DNA of 64,000 nucleotides from an uncultured Pelagibacteraceae bacterium (GTDB taxonomy: Bacteria; Pseudomonadota; Alphaproteobacteria; Pelagibacterales; Pelagibacteraceae): the NCBI GenBank assembly GCA_902635685.1, contig CACPOY010000003.1, positions 16,557 to 80,556 on the forward strand, written 5' to 3'. Shown here one piece after another: positions 1-9,493 of this stretch. A program made the position numbers and the translations under genes. Within the stretch, counting starts at the first letter, position 1, and every line of letters begins with the position of its first letter. The notes under the pieces are model-generated. The model saw nothing but the letters and a program-made list of their open reading frames with translations, was not told where the DNA came from and did not search any database.

Positions 1-1
1 A

Positions 2-166
2 TGCCAAATGACTTGGAACACGCCAGGGGACACAATGCAAATGTTTTGCTGGTGGAAAGCTAATAGTGAAACGGATATCAATAATCAATTAGGTCAAATG
101 AATGATTTCTTTGAGCCTCATAAATTTACTGAGTGTACTGACCAAGTGATGGACTATAACGCTTAA
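2..166 (+). CDS. 3' end of a small hypothetical protein (possibly a dimeric alpha-beta barrel, DUF4242-like); truncated by the window start
   Basis: Frame 2 is open from the edge: CQMTWNTPGDTMQMFCWWKANSETDINNQLGQMNDFFEPH...YNA*, TAA at 164-166, 11 nt before the next ATG. Not in the ORF track. The family guess comes only from the FCxWxAxSxxxI pattern. Confidence 0.6.
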   Translation, partial: CQMTWNTPGDTMQMFCWWKANSETDINNQLGQMNDFFEPHKFTECTDQVMDYNA

Positions 167-177
167 GAGTAAAATTA

Positions 178-492
178 ATGAAAGCAATCTATACAAGAAC
201 CATTGGTGTTTACGATGATAAACTTACTGAGGCTATGGAAATTTCTAAAGGCTTAGCAAAAGTTAGAAAAAAGCATTATCCAGATCATGAAGTTTACTTT
301 TCATTTCAAATTGGTGGAAACCCAAGGACGGTAAGAGAAACACTTGTGGGAGAGCAGTTTACTGATAAAGCATTTGAAAATGATACAAACATGTCTGCTG
401 ATCCTGAATTTATTGAACTTCAAAAAAAGATGAAAGGTGTTTTTAAAGAGGGTACAATTCAAGATGAAATGAGAATGGTATTTAATGACTAG
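178..492 (+). CDS. hypothetical protein, possibly a NIPSNAP-like dimeric alpha-beta barrel
   Basis: 104-aa ORF packed in an operon; alternating strand/helix pattern; the fold is a guess. Confidence 0.6.
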   Translation: MKAIYTRTIGVYDDKLTEAMEISKGLAKVRKKHYPDHEVYFSFQIGGNPRTVRETLVGEQFTDKAFENDTNMSADPEFIELQKKMKGVFKEGTIQDEMRMVFND

Positions 493-500
493 GAAATAAT

Positions 501-917
501 ATGGTAGAAAAATTTAATGGAGCGTTTTATTTAATAATTTATTTAGTTCACTTTTTAGGTGTTGGTGTTTACGCTTTTCAAACTATTTTTGGTACTAAAA
601 ACTTCATGGAAAGATTTGGTATAGATCCTAGTGGCGCAATAATGATTAGGATGGCAGGAGCATTTATGCTTGCTGTTTTTTTAATGTCTATCTATGTAGC
701 TTTTATTAGGCCTGGAGGATTAGAAAATACCTGGGGATTTTTAAATTTAGTTTTTATAAATAATTTATGTATTTTTCTGTGTAATTTCTATTCGATTAAA
801 ATTAATAAAACAGGAGTGAATGAGAAAACCACAAATGAAGGTATTATTGCACCCTTTGTATTTACAGTTATGAGTGCAATCCTAATTTATGGTCTATCTG
901 ATAGAATTTATACTTAA
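501..917 (+). CDS. hypothetical membrane protein (~4 TM helices)
   Basis: Four hydrophobic segments; AGGA upstream; stop overlaps the next start (TAATG). Confidence 0.75.
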   Translation: MVEKFNGAFYLIIYLVHFLGVGVYAFQTIFGTKNFMERFGIDPSGAIMIRMAGAFMLAVFLMSIYVAFIRPGGLENTWGFLNLVFINNLCIFLCNFYSIKINKTGVNEKTTNEGIIAPFVFTVMSAILIYGLSDRIYT

Positions 918-1204
918 TGTCTGGATTTGCGATATTCAACATAGACATAAAAAAACCAGAGGAATATAAAGAGTACGTAGAAAAAGTTAAGCCGATTGCT
1001 GAGAAATTTGGTGGTGAATATATTGTTAGAGGTGGTGAAACTAAAGTATTAGAGGGAACCTGGACATATTCTAGAACTGTAGTAATTAAATTTCCAAGTT
1101 ATGAAAAAGCTTTAGAATGGTATAACTCTGATGAGTATAAGCCAGTAAAACAAATCCGTTTAGAAAACTCAGTTGGTAACGGAATAATAATTAAAGGAGT
1201 ATAA
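917..1204 (+). CDS. DUF1330 family protein
   Basis: Typical motif YKEY...FGGEYIVRGG...LEG.W...VVIKFPSYEKALEWYNSDEY. Confidence 0.9.
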   Translation: MSGFAIFNIDIKKPEEYKEYVEKVKPIAEKFGGEYIVRGGETKVLEGTWTYSRTVVIKFPSYEKALEWYNSDEYKPVKQIRLENSVGNGIIIKGV

Positions 1205-1205
1205 A

Positions 1206-1526
1206 ATGTCGATATTAAAAAGATATACTGATGCAATAGACAAGAAGGATGAAGCAACTATGAATGAGCTTTTACATGATGACTTCAAATTCACAATGCA
1301 TAAATCTGGAAATTCTTTAGGAAAAGCTGATGTTGTTAAATGGGCGATGAGTGGTGATATAAATCAAGAAAAAGTGAGAATTATTTATGAAAATAATGAA
1401 GTGGGTGTACATCATTCATTTGTTAAATTTAATGATGGAAACGTTGAAGCGGTAATGGCAGTTTATAAATATAAAGATGGAAAGATTATAAGTTTAGAAA
1501 CTGGTGCAACTCCAATGTCAAAATAA
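1206..1526 (+). CDS. NTF2/SnoaL-like domain protein
   Basis: Y.DAIDKKD...LLHDDF N-terminus and YKYKDGKII C-terminus typical of the NTF2-like fold; AAGGAG SD. Confidence 0.8.
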   Translation: MSILKRYTDAIDKKDEATMNELLHDDFKFTMHKSGNSLGKADVVKWAMSGDINQEKVRIIYENNEVGVHHSFVKFNDGNVEAVMAVYKYKDGKIISLETGATPMSK

Positions 1527-1532
1527 GAGTAA

Positions 1533-2117
1533 ATGATTGACTTTTATTTTTCAATTGGAAGCACTTATACTTATTTAGCTGTCACTAGAATACTTGATAT
1601 CGAAAAAAAACATCAAGTCCATTTTAATTGGAAACCATTTAGTGTTCGGGCAATTATGAAAGAAATGAATAATATTCCATTTCCAAAGGACAAGCTTAAT
1701 AAGGTAAATTACATGTGGAGAGATATTGAAAGACGAGCTGAAGGTTATGGTTTTTTTGCAAAAACACCTGTGCCCTACCCATTATCTGAATTTGACTTAG
1801 CAAATCAAATTGCAATTCTTGGATTGGATAAGGGATGGGGTATAGATTATGTTAGACTGACTTATAAAAAATGGTTTCAAGAAGGAAAAGAACCAGCTAT
1901 AGAACCAAGTATTTCTGAGATATGTAAAGAATTAAAAATGAACAAAGATGATATAATTTCTGAGGCAAAAACAAAATTGATTGAAGATAAATACCTAGCA
2001 AATACAAATTCTGCAAGAGAGAATAAAATCTTTGGTAGTCCAACTTTTGTTATTAACAATGAAATATTTTGGGGTGATGATAGAATGGAAGATGCAATTA
2101 AATTCTTTAAAAAATAA
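1533..2117 (+). CDS. 2-hydroxychromene-2-carboxylate isomerase / DsbA-like (kappa GST) family protein
   Basis: IDFYFSIGSTYTYL N-terminus, YMWRDIERRA, FGSPTF...EIFWGDDR. Confidence 0.9.
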   Translation: MIDFYFSIGSTYTYLAVTRILDIEKKHQVHFNWKPFSVRAIMKEMNNIPFPKDKLNKVNYMWRDIERRAEGYGFFAKTPVPYPLSEFDLANQIAILGLDKGWGIDYVRLTYKKWFQEGKEPAIEPSISEICKELKMNKDDIISEAKTKLIEDKYLANTNSARENKIFGSPTFVINNEIFWGDDRMEDAIKFFKK

Positions 2118-2338
2118 TGTTACCTAAAAAATACTTTGATTTTATTTTTATTTTAATTATGGGTTTTGGAATGAGTTTATTAATGACTCTAATTATCACA
2201 TATATCAACACTGGTATGGATAAAGATTATATCAATAGATTCTTAAAAGCATGGGTAGTCAGTTTACCTATAGCTATAATTGCAGCATTAATACTTGGTC
2301 CACCGATTAAGAAATTGGTAGATAAAATTACTAAATAG
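2117..2338 (+). CDS. DUF2798 family small membrane protein
   Basis: Two TM segments; MSLLMT...F.KAW..S.PIA...P..KKLV pattern. Confidence 0.75.
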   Translation: MLPKKYFDFIFILIMGFGMSLLMTLIITYINTGMDKDYINRFLKAWVVSLPIAIIAALILGPPIKKLVDKITK

Positions 2339-2352
2339 TCATAGGTTTAATT

Positions 2353-2688
2353 GTGAGTAATTTATCGGGATATATATTTCTTCTATTGGCTATTGTTCTT
2401 GGAATAACCTCTAATGGTTTTTTAAAATCTACAAATGGTTTTACTAATATTGGTCCAACTATTTTTTGTATAGTTTCTATAATTGCTTGTATATTTTGTT
2501 TATCCAAGGCTATGAATATTATTCCAGTTGGTTTTTCCTATGCAACATATGGAGGATTAACAATCACGGCTGTTACGTTGTTTGGTGTATTTAAATATAA
2601 TCAAATCCCTAACCTATATGGAATTATTGGGATAATTTTAATTATTATCGGAGTAGTATTGTTAAATACTCTTGGCAAGACTACTTAG
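2353..2688 (+). CDS. SMR (EmrE/QacE-like) small multidrug transporter family protein
   Basis: 111 aa, 4 TM; LK.TNGFT, LSKAM..IPVG.SYA motifs; GTG start. The usual TM1 Glu appears to be replaced by Gly. Confidence 0.8.
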   Translation: MSNLSGYIFLLLAIVLGITSNGFLKSTNGFTNIGPTIFCIVSIIACIFCLSKAMNIIPVGFSYATYGGLTITAVTLFGVFKYNQIPNLYGIIGIILIIIGVVLLNTLGKTT

Positions 2689-3487
2689 AGATAGGCTTAA
2701 GAATTTTTAAAAATTTATGGTGCATGCTTCTATTAGCACTCACAAGAATATTTCCGGCCTTAACAGCACTTTCATTTTTCCAATTTGAAACTACTCCACC
2801 TGCAGCTTCGATGATTGGTATTAATGGATGTATATCCCAAATTTTATTAGCACATTGAATTACGACATCAATTTTTCCTTCTGCAAAATGAGAATAACTT
2901 AATGCGTCAGCACAAGGAAATTGCATCATCTTTAATATTTTTGGAATTTTCTTTTGTTGATTAAGAGAGATAGTGCCATGAAATGTGGCAGATAATTTAA
3001 CATTTGAATATTTTGCTTTGTAGTTAACTTTAATTTTTCTTTTTTTATTACCCTCAACCACAAAAGCAGATTTTGGAGAAGTATTATAATAATATTTTCT
3101 AAGAATTGGAAAATTGGCGAGACCCAAAACTGGATAACCTTTGTAGTTTAAAGAAATTAAATTACTCCACGTTGGATTTCCTATAACAAATGATCTCGTT
3201 CCATCAATTGGATCAATAACCCAAGTAAAATCACTTTTATTTTTCTTCTGTCCAAATTCTTCTCCTTTAATTTGGTGTTTGGGAAATTTCTTTAATATTT
3301 CTTTTCTAATAAATTTTTCGAAAGACTTGTCAGCACTTGTAACTGGATCGTAACCTTTACCTTTTTCCTTATTAGAAACCTTGAAAGGTTTGTTTAATTT
3401 CAAGTAATAATATTTGGTAAGTTTCTTGGCTAAATCATTTAAGAATTTAGAAAAAACTTTATAATTTGAAGAATTCAACTTTGACAC
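2681..3487 (-). CDS. hisN: inositol monophosphatase family protein, probable histidinol-phosphatase
   Basis: YDPVT.AD, GEEFG, WVIDPIDGTRSF, WDI motifs; resembles alphaproteobacterial HisN. Confidence 0.8.
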   Translation of the reverse strand: MSKLNSSNYKVFSKFLNDLAKKLTKYYYLKLNKPFKVSNKEKGKGYDPVTSADKSFEKFIRKEILKKFPKHQIKGEEFGQKKNKSDFTWVIDPIDGTRSFVIGNPTWSNLISLNYKGYPVLGLANFPILRKYYYNTSPKSAFVVEGNKKRKIKVNYKAKYSNVKLSATFHGTISLNQQKKIPKILKMMQFPCADALSYSHFAEGKIDVVIQCANKIWDIHPLIPIIEAAGGVVSNWKNESAVKAGNILVSANRSMHHKFLKILKPISK

Positions 3488-3552
3488 AAAGGACTAATAC
3501 TATTTTATTACTATTGATTAAAGTAAAATTTTAAATAATCATCAATTTAGCT

Positions 3553-4653
3553 ATGAAAATAGAATTAAAAAATAATAAGATATTTTTTGAAAACCAGGGT
3601 CAGAAGAAAGAGATTCATCCATTTTGGTTTAGAGAAAGAGTAAACGGTGAAAGTTTCATAGATGAGGCTACACAGCAAAGGTTATTTGACCCAACAAAAT
3701 TAGAGGAAAATATTAAGATAAACTCTCTTAATCTGTCAGATCAATTTCTAGAAATTACTTTTAATGATGGCGCTTATACAAAATTTGCAGTTCAAAATAT
3801 CTTGAGAGAATTTAGTAATGAAGATGAGATTAAAAAGATTAAAAAGGTTGAATGGGACTCGTCTTTTACAAATTTAAAGAATTTTAAATTTGAAGACAAT
3901 TTTTTTAATGAAAAAGTTATGTATGACGCCTTAATAGATTTTTATAAATTTGGGTTTGTAATTTTTAAAGATGTACCAACTAAAAATAATTTTATTACAA
4001 ATTTTGCAAATTCCATTGGAAGTATAAGAAGAACAAATTTTGGGGAATTTTTTAATGTTAAATCAAAACCAAATCCAAACGATTTAGCTTATACTTCATT
4101 AGCTTTAGCACCACACACAGACAACCCTTATAGAAATCCTGTACCATGTATACAAATGCTCCATTGTATTGAAAACGAGGTTAATGGAGGCCTTTCCACT
4201 TTAGTAGATGGATATACTGTAACAGAAAAACTAAAAAAAGATTTTCAAGATTATTACAATATTCTTACTGATGTTAAAGTTAGGTTTCAGTTTATAGATC
4301 AATCAGTTATTTTAGAAGACTGGGCCGAGATGATTCAATTAAACGAAAAAGGAGAGTTTAAGCAAGTTAGATTTAGTCCAAGATTAGACTTTGTGCCTTT
4401 AATGGAAAAGAATAAACTTGAACTTTTTTATTCTGCGAGAAAAAAAATATCAGAACTCTATAATTCAGATCAATATAGAGTTGAATTTAAATTAAGTCCT
4501 GGAGATTTACTTATGATGGATAATTACCGATTACTTCATGGAAGAACCTCATATGATACAAATCAAGGTAATAGGTTTCTGCAAGGATGTTATATTGATT
4601 ATGATAGTACAGAGGGAAAACTAAAACACCTAAAAAGAAAATTTAGTCTGTGA
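3553..4653 (+). CDS. TauD/TfdA-family 2OG/Fe(II) dioxygenase, gamma-butyrobetaine hydroxylase-like
   Basis: N-terminal DUF971-like W.RE...T.QRLFD; DLAYT..L.PHTDNPYR (HxD); DN.RLLHGR; R.LQGCY. Confidence 0.85.
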   Translation: MKIELKNNKIFFENQGQKKEIHPFWFRERVNGESFIDEATQQRLFDPTKLEENIKINSLNLSDQFLEITFNDGAYTKFAVQNILREFSNEDEIKKIKKVEWDSSFTNLKNFKFEDNFFNEKVMYDALIDFYKFGFVIFKDVPTKNNFITNFANSIGSIRRTNFGEFFNVKSKPNPNDLAYTSLALAPHTDNPYRNPVPCIQMLHCIENEVNGGLSTLVDGYTVTEKLKKDFQDYYNILTDVKVRFQFIDQSVILEDWAEMIQLNEKGEFKQVRFSPRLDFVPLMEKNKLELFYSARKKISELYNSDQYRVEFKLSPGDLLMMDNYRLLHGRTSYDTNQGNRFLQGCYIDYDSTEGKLKHLKRKFSL

Positions 4654-5239
4654 AGTGGAGCCAACCAGTAATAATATATTTTTCTCCCCCATTAAGAACA
4701 CTCCCTCTATGTGCATGTGTCCATTCAGCTGGCCAAATTAATGTTTTTCCAGTTTCTGGTTTTATTTTAACTTTATAATAGTCAAAATCTGTGGTGCCAC
4801 CATCATCAACATCATTTAAGTAGGTCATCCAAGCAAATATTCGATGAATGTGTGCCATACCTGTTCTTTCCGCATGAAGGCGTCCAAAATGACCACCGGG
4901 GAGATATTTTTGAATATTGAAAGGACCAATATGAATTTTTTTTACAAAGGTTTTTAAAAAATCATATTGTTCCTTATAATCAGTAAAACATTGATATAAA
5001 TTTTCAAAATACTTATTGAATACTTTATATTTTTCATCTTTAAGATTTTCTGGTTTGATAGTTATATCAGTTGATTTTTTTATACTTTCATCAACACCTC
5101 CACCTGTAGTGCCTTTAGTGTGAAGATCAGAATTATTTTCAAAAAAATCAATAATTTCTTTACACAATTCTTTATTCTCTAAATCCCAATTCCCAATAAA
5201 GTTTGGACTAACATCATTTTTAATTTCTAATCTTTTCAT
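4643..5239 (-). CDS. 2OG/Fe(II) oxygenase (prolyl 4-hydroxylase-like)
   Basis: IQKY..GGHF..LHAE, WMTYLNDV.DGG.T.F, WP..WTH.HRG, KYI.TGW. Confidence 0.9.
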   Translation of the reverse strand: MKRLEIKNDVSPNFIGNWDLENKELCKEIIDFFENNSDLHTKGTTGGGVDESIKKSTDITIKPENLKDEKYKVFNKYFENLYQCFTDYKEQYDFLKTFVKKIHIGPFNIQKYLPGGHFGRLHAERTGMAHIHRIFAWMTYLNDVDDGGTTDFDYYKVKIKPETGKTLIWPAEWTHAHRGSVLNGGEKYIITGWLHFTD

Positions 5240-5242
5240 TTA

Positions 5243-5792
5243 TTAATCTATTTTAAAACCTTTTTCACCAAACTCTATCATACCTGAACTTTCATTCAAA
5301 TATTTTTGTCCCTCTGCATGTTTATTTAATCTTAAAAGATTTTTCCCATAAAAAAGTTTTCAAATTTTTATTTTGTGGAAATTTTTTAATTGCCCTTGTA
5401 CAAAAAGTATCTACAGCCTTTGTTAAATTAAGTTCAAATAAACATTGAGCAAATACTTCAATAACCGTTTCTTGATCCTCCTTCATAAGCAATGATTTTT
5501 CCAGTATTGGCAAAGCTTTTTTAAATTGCCCAGTATTGTAGTAAAGTTTTCCTAAATTATTAACAGATAATATTGAAACAGGTTTAATTTCTAAACACTT
5601 GATATAGCACTTTTCAGCCTCTTCTATTTTTTTTAGTTCAGTGTAGCATATGGCTAAGTTATGGAGTGCAGGTGGAAGTTTTGGAAATTGCTTTAAAATT
5701 GCATTAAATATATCTATAGCTTTTTCAAATTCTCTTTTGGCACGGTATTTTTCAGCTTCTAAAAATTTTTTTTCAGTTTCTTTATCAATCAT
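5243..5792 (-). CDS. tetratricopeptide repeat protein; apparent +1 frameshift in the homopolymer at 5350-5355
   Basis: TPR consensus (ALHNLAICY...EEAEKCY; NNLGKLYY..GQFKKA). Removing one base extends the frame TFYGKNLLRLNKHAEG...GFKID* to TAA 5243-5245, next to the following ATG. Confidence 0.8.
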
Positions 5793-5802
5793 TTTTTAAG
5801 AT

Positions 5803-6384
5803 CTATTTTATGTTTGATATTTGAGTTTCTGCGTCTCTAATAGACTTTTCATAATCCAAAGCCATTTGATCAGCACTTATAATATCAACCTTTTCTATAC
5901 CAAAAAAATTTAAAATAAACTTTAACCATGGGGTTAGAAAATCCTCTTTACTATTTAATTTTGTCCCTCCTGAAGTTATGACTAAATAAGCTCTTTTATT
6001 TCTCAACAAACCCTCTCTTCTCCCATTTTCTTTAAATTTAAATGTCTCGCCTATTCTTGCTACAAGATCAGACCAAGCTTTTAGAGTTGCAGGAGGACCA
6101 TAGTTATATATTGGTGCTGATATAATGATGACATCACTTTCTTTAAGCTCTTTTACAAGTTTATCAGATAATTCAAACATTTTTTTATGATGTTCAGTTT
6201 GATCTTTCTCTTCAATCTTCATCCCTGACTCGGTTAATCCAGATACAAAAACCATCTCATCATCTAAATCTCTGTACACAACTTCGTCATCAGGTTTTTT
6301 TATTTTATCTAAAAGTTTCTTTGCCAGTGCTCTAGAGGTCGATCCCTCTTTTCTAGCACTTGAATCTATTTGATATATTTTCAT
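5803..6384 (-). CDS. azoR: FMN-dependent NADH-azoreductase (flavodoxin_2 family)
   Basis: IDSSAR...STSR.L, SD.LV.EL..SD.I.I.AP.YNY..PA.LKAW.D...R.G.TF, TSGG. Confidence 0.85.
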   Translation of the reverse strand: MKIYQIDSSARKEGSTSRALAKKLLDKIKKPDDEVVYRDLDDEMVFVSGLTESGMKIEEKDQTEHHKKMFELSDKLVKELKESDVIIISAPIYNYGPPATLKAWSDLVARIGETFKFKENGRREGLLRNKRAYLVITSGGTKLNSKEDFLTPWLKFILNFFGIEKVDIISADQMALDYEKSIRDAETQISNIK

Positions 6385-6392
6385 AATTTTAA

Positions 6393-7100
6393 TTATCCAA
6401 AATTTTGTAAAAATGGTAATACATTTAATAAGTAATATCCTAAAGCTTGTAATTGATTAGTTAATATTAAAATACCTGTAATTAATAGTATAATTCCACC
6501 AGATTTAGAGACTAAATTAATATTCTTTTTAAAGTTCTTTGAAAATATTAGAAACTTTTGAATCAAATAACCAGATAAAATGAATGGCAATGCCAATCCA
6601 AAAGAGTAAAAAATTAAAAGTAAGATTCCTTTATTAACACTTTCTTCAGTTGCAGCTAAAACCAAGATTGATCCTAAAATTGGACCTATACAAGGTGTCC
6701 AACCAAATGCAAATGCCATACCAATTAGAATTGGGCTATAAAAACGATTATTTGAATTTGTTTGTATTCTTTTTTCATAATTTAAAAATTTAAGATTGAT
6801 AATTCCAATTATTTGAAGCGAAAAAAGAATTATTACTAAACCAGCTGCTATTCTAAGTTGATATGAATTCTGTAACAACACTTGTCCTAAAAAAGTTGAG
6901 GCGGCTCCAAAAATAATAAAAACAATTGAAAAACCAAATGTAAATAAAATGATCGGAATTAAATTGACATTTTTTTTCTCTAATAACTCATTTAATGAAC
7001 TGCCTGAAATATAAGAGATGTATCCGGGAATTAATGGTAATACACACGGAGATAAAAAACTTATCAAACCAGCTCCAAGTGCAATAAATAGTTCCGTCAT
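6393..7100 (-). CDS. ccdA: cytochrome c biogenesis protein CcdA
   Basis: AGLISFLSPCVLPLIPGY and FAFGWTPCIGPILG motifs. Confidence 0.95.
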   Translation of the reverse strand: MTELFIALGAGLISFLSPCVLPLIPGYISYISGSSLNELLEKKNVNLIPIILFTFGFSIVFIIFGAASTFLGQVLLQNSYQLRIAAGLVIILFSLQIIGIINLKFLNYEKRIQTNSNNRFYSPILIGMAFAFGWTPCIGPILGSILVLAATEESVNKGILLLIFYSFGLALPFILSGYLIQKFLIFSKNFKKNINLVSKSGGIILLITGILILTNQLQALGYYLLNVLPFLQNFG

Positions 7101-7946
7101 TATTTTTCTTTAACCACTTTTAACTTTTGTTCACCTAAGTTATCAACTTTCAAAATCATCTCATCTCCATCCTTTAGGTAATCGGGTGGTATCATCCCCA
7201 TTCCTACTCCTGCAGGTGTACCTGTTGTAATAACATCTCCTGGCATTAAAGTTATAAATTGACTAATGTGAGATATTAAAAAATTAAAATTGAATATCAT
7301 TAAACTTGTATTTCCAGTCTGTCTTCTTTTCCCATTAAGATCCAAAGTCAAATTTAGATTGAATGGATCACTTATTTCATCTTTGGTTACAAGATATGGT
7401 CCTAAGGGTCCAAACGTATCCCCAGATTTTCCTTTAACCCATTGACCACCTCTATCTTTTTGCCATTCTCTTTCACTAATATCATTACAAATACAATAAC
7501 CAATAATATAATCTTGTGCTTCTTCTTCTTTTACATACTTAGCTTTTTTTCCTATCACAATTGCAATTTCAATTTCATGATCCAAAGACTTAGAAAACTT
7601 AGGTATTACTATGTCATCATTAGGTCCAACTATACAATTTGGTGACTTATTAAAAACTATTGGTTCTTTAGGAGTATTCGAATTTGTCTCAGCAGCATGA
7701 GCTTTATAATTTAAACCAATTGCGAAAAAATTTGCTGGTTTAATAACACAAGATCCTATTCTTTGATTTTGATCCAAAAGTGGAAGAGAATTAATATCAA
7801 AATTTTTTATTTTATCTAAATTTTCAAAATTTAAATTTTCTGGTGTTAAATCTTTAAAAAAAATTCGATAAATTCCGAATATTATTTTTGTCATCAAGAA
7901 TTGCGGGTATTTCATTATCACGCTCACCAACCCTTAAAAATTTCAT
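7100..7946 (-). CDS. fumarylacetoacetate hydrolase family protein; apparent +1 frameshift in the homopolymer at 7856-7863
   Basis: IGLNY.AHA.E, EPIVF.K, DHE.E, NDISER.WQ, W.KGKS.DTFGP.GP, GDVI.TGTP.GVG. The likely true N-terminus MKFLRVGERDNEIPAILD starts at 7946 in another frame. Confidence 0.9.
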
Positions 7947-7949
7947 TAA

Positions 7950-9392
7950 TTAACCTTTGATGCCAAGATGCGTATATTTTATATTAAGGTAATCTTTAAT
8001 TGCCATTGATCCGCCTTCACGCCCATATCCACTTTGCTTTATCCCACCAAAAGGTGCTTCAGCAATTGCTACCATTGGAGTATTTACAGCGACTGAGCCA
8101 GTTTCTAATTGTTCTGAAGCAAGATGAGCAGTTTCCATTGAATTGGTACAAACATAACTGCACAACCCTAATTCATGATTGTTAGCTCTTTCAATTACAT
8201 CATCAAAAGTTTTAAATGATAACATAGGCACTAACGGTCCAAACGGTTCTTGTTTCATTATCGTAAAATCATCTTTTACGTCGTCAAATACTGTCGGTTC
8301 ATAATAAAAACCTTTGTTAAATCCTGAAGGTCTTTTTCCACCTAATAAAACTTTTGCACCTTCTTGTTTGGTTTTTTCAACTAATTCTTCTATTTCATTA
8401 AGTCTTTTTTTTGTGGTTAACGGGCCCAATTGAGTTGCTGGGTCCATACCATCACCTATTTTTAATTTTTTTGTTTTTTCAATAAATAAATTTACAAATT
8501 CATCTTTTTTTTTCTCATGTATATAAAATCTATTAGGCGATATACAAACTTGACCATTGTTTCTGAATTTAGCAGCTATTGCCATATCAGCGGCTTTTCT
8601 AATATCAGCATCATCAAATACAATAAAAGGTGAATGACCTGATAGCTCCATTGTTACTCTTTGAACTTTATCTGCAGCTTGTTTCAATATTAATTTACCC
8701 ACTCTTGATGATCCAGTAATTGAAATTTTTTTGACTATATCTGATGCAATCAATTGTTGTGCAATACTAGGTGGATCACCCGACAAAAGATTTACTACAC
8801 CTGGTGGTACACCACATTCTTTACATATATCAACCATCTCCATTACAATACCAGGGGTTATTACGTCGGGCTTAACTATTACAGAGCAGCCAGCTGCTAG
8901 CGCTGTTGAAATTTTTCTTGCAGACAACACTGCAGGAAAATTCCAAGGAGTTAATGCTGCAACAACACCAACTGGTTGATAATAAACATGAACCCTTGTA
9001 TCTTCAAACCTGCTTTCAACAGTTTGTCCATAAATTCTTTTTGTTTCCTCAGCATTCCATTCGAAAATATCTGCAGCACCATTTACTTCACCTTTAGCTT
9101 CTGCAAATGGCTTTCCAACTTCAAGCGTCATCCACTTAGCAAGCACATCTTGCTTCTCTCTCATTTTATCTGCAATTCTTCTAATGATATAAGATCTTTG
9201 CCATGGAGCAGTTTTTTTCCAAACTTCTAATCCTTTTGCAGCAGACTTTAATGCTCTTTCAACATCCTGAGTTGTAGCTTTTGAGGCTTTTCCCAAAACT
9301 TCTTCATTTGCAGGATTGATTACTTCATAAGTTCCCTCATCTGATGATTTTTGCCATTTACCGTCAATGAATTGCCCGAATTTTTCGTACAT
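7950..9392 (-). CDS. NAD(P)-dependent aldehyde dehydrogenase, succinate-semialdehyde / alpha-ketoglutarate-semialdehyde dehydrogenase-like
   Basis: TPWNFP, SITGS..VG, MELSG, KFRNNGQVC (catalytic Cys), EPFGP, PFGGIKQSGYGREGG. Confidence 0.9.
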   Translation of the reverse strand: MYEKFGQFIDGKWQKSSDEGTYEVINPANEEVLGKASKATTQDVERALKSAAKGLEVWKKTAPWQRSYIIRRIADKMREKQDVLAKWMTLEVGKPFAEAKGEVNGAADIFEWNAEETKRIYGQTVESRFEDTRVHVYYQPVGVVAALTPWNFPAVLSARKISTALAAGCSVIVKPDVITPGIVMEMVDICKECGVPPGVVNLLSGDPPSIAQQLIASDIVKKISITGSSRVGKLILKQAADKVQRVTMELSGHSPFIVFDDADIRKAADMAIAAKFRNNGQVCISPNRFYIHEKKKDEFVNLFIEKTKKLKIGDGMDPATQLGPLTTKKRLNEIEELVEKTKQEGAKVLLGGKRPSGFNKGFYYEPTVFDDVKDDFTIMKQEPFGPLVPMLSFKTFDDVIERANNHELGLCSYVCTNSMETAHLASEQLETGSVAVNTPMVAIAEAPFGGIKQSGYGREGGSMAIKDYLNIKYTHLGIKG

Positions 9393-9493
9393 AAATTCAA
9401 TTTAGCATTACTATAGGGTGTGTCTACTATGTAATTTTTACACATTAATAATCTCTAATTAGATGATAATATTTTTAAAAAAAGGAGTTCAAT

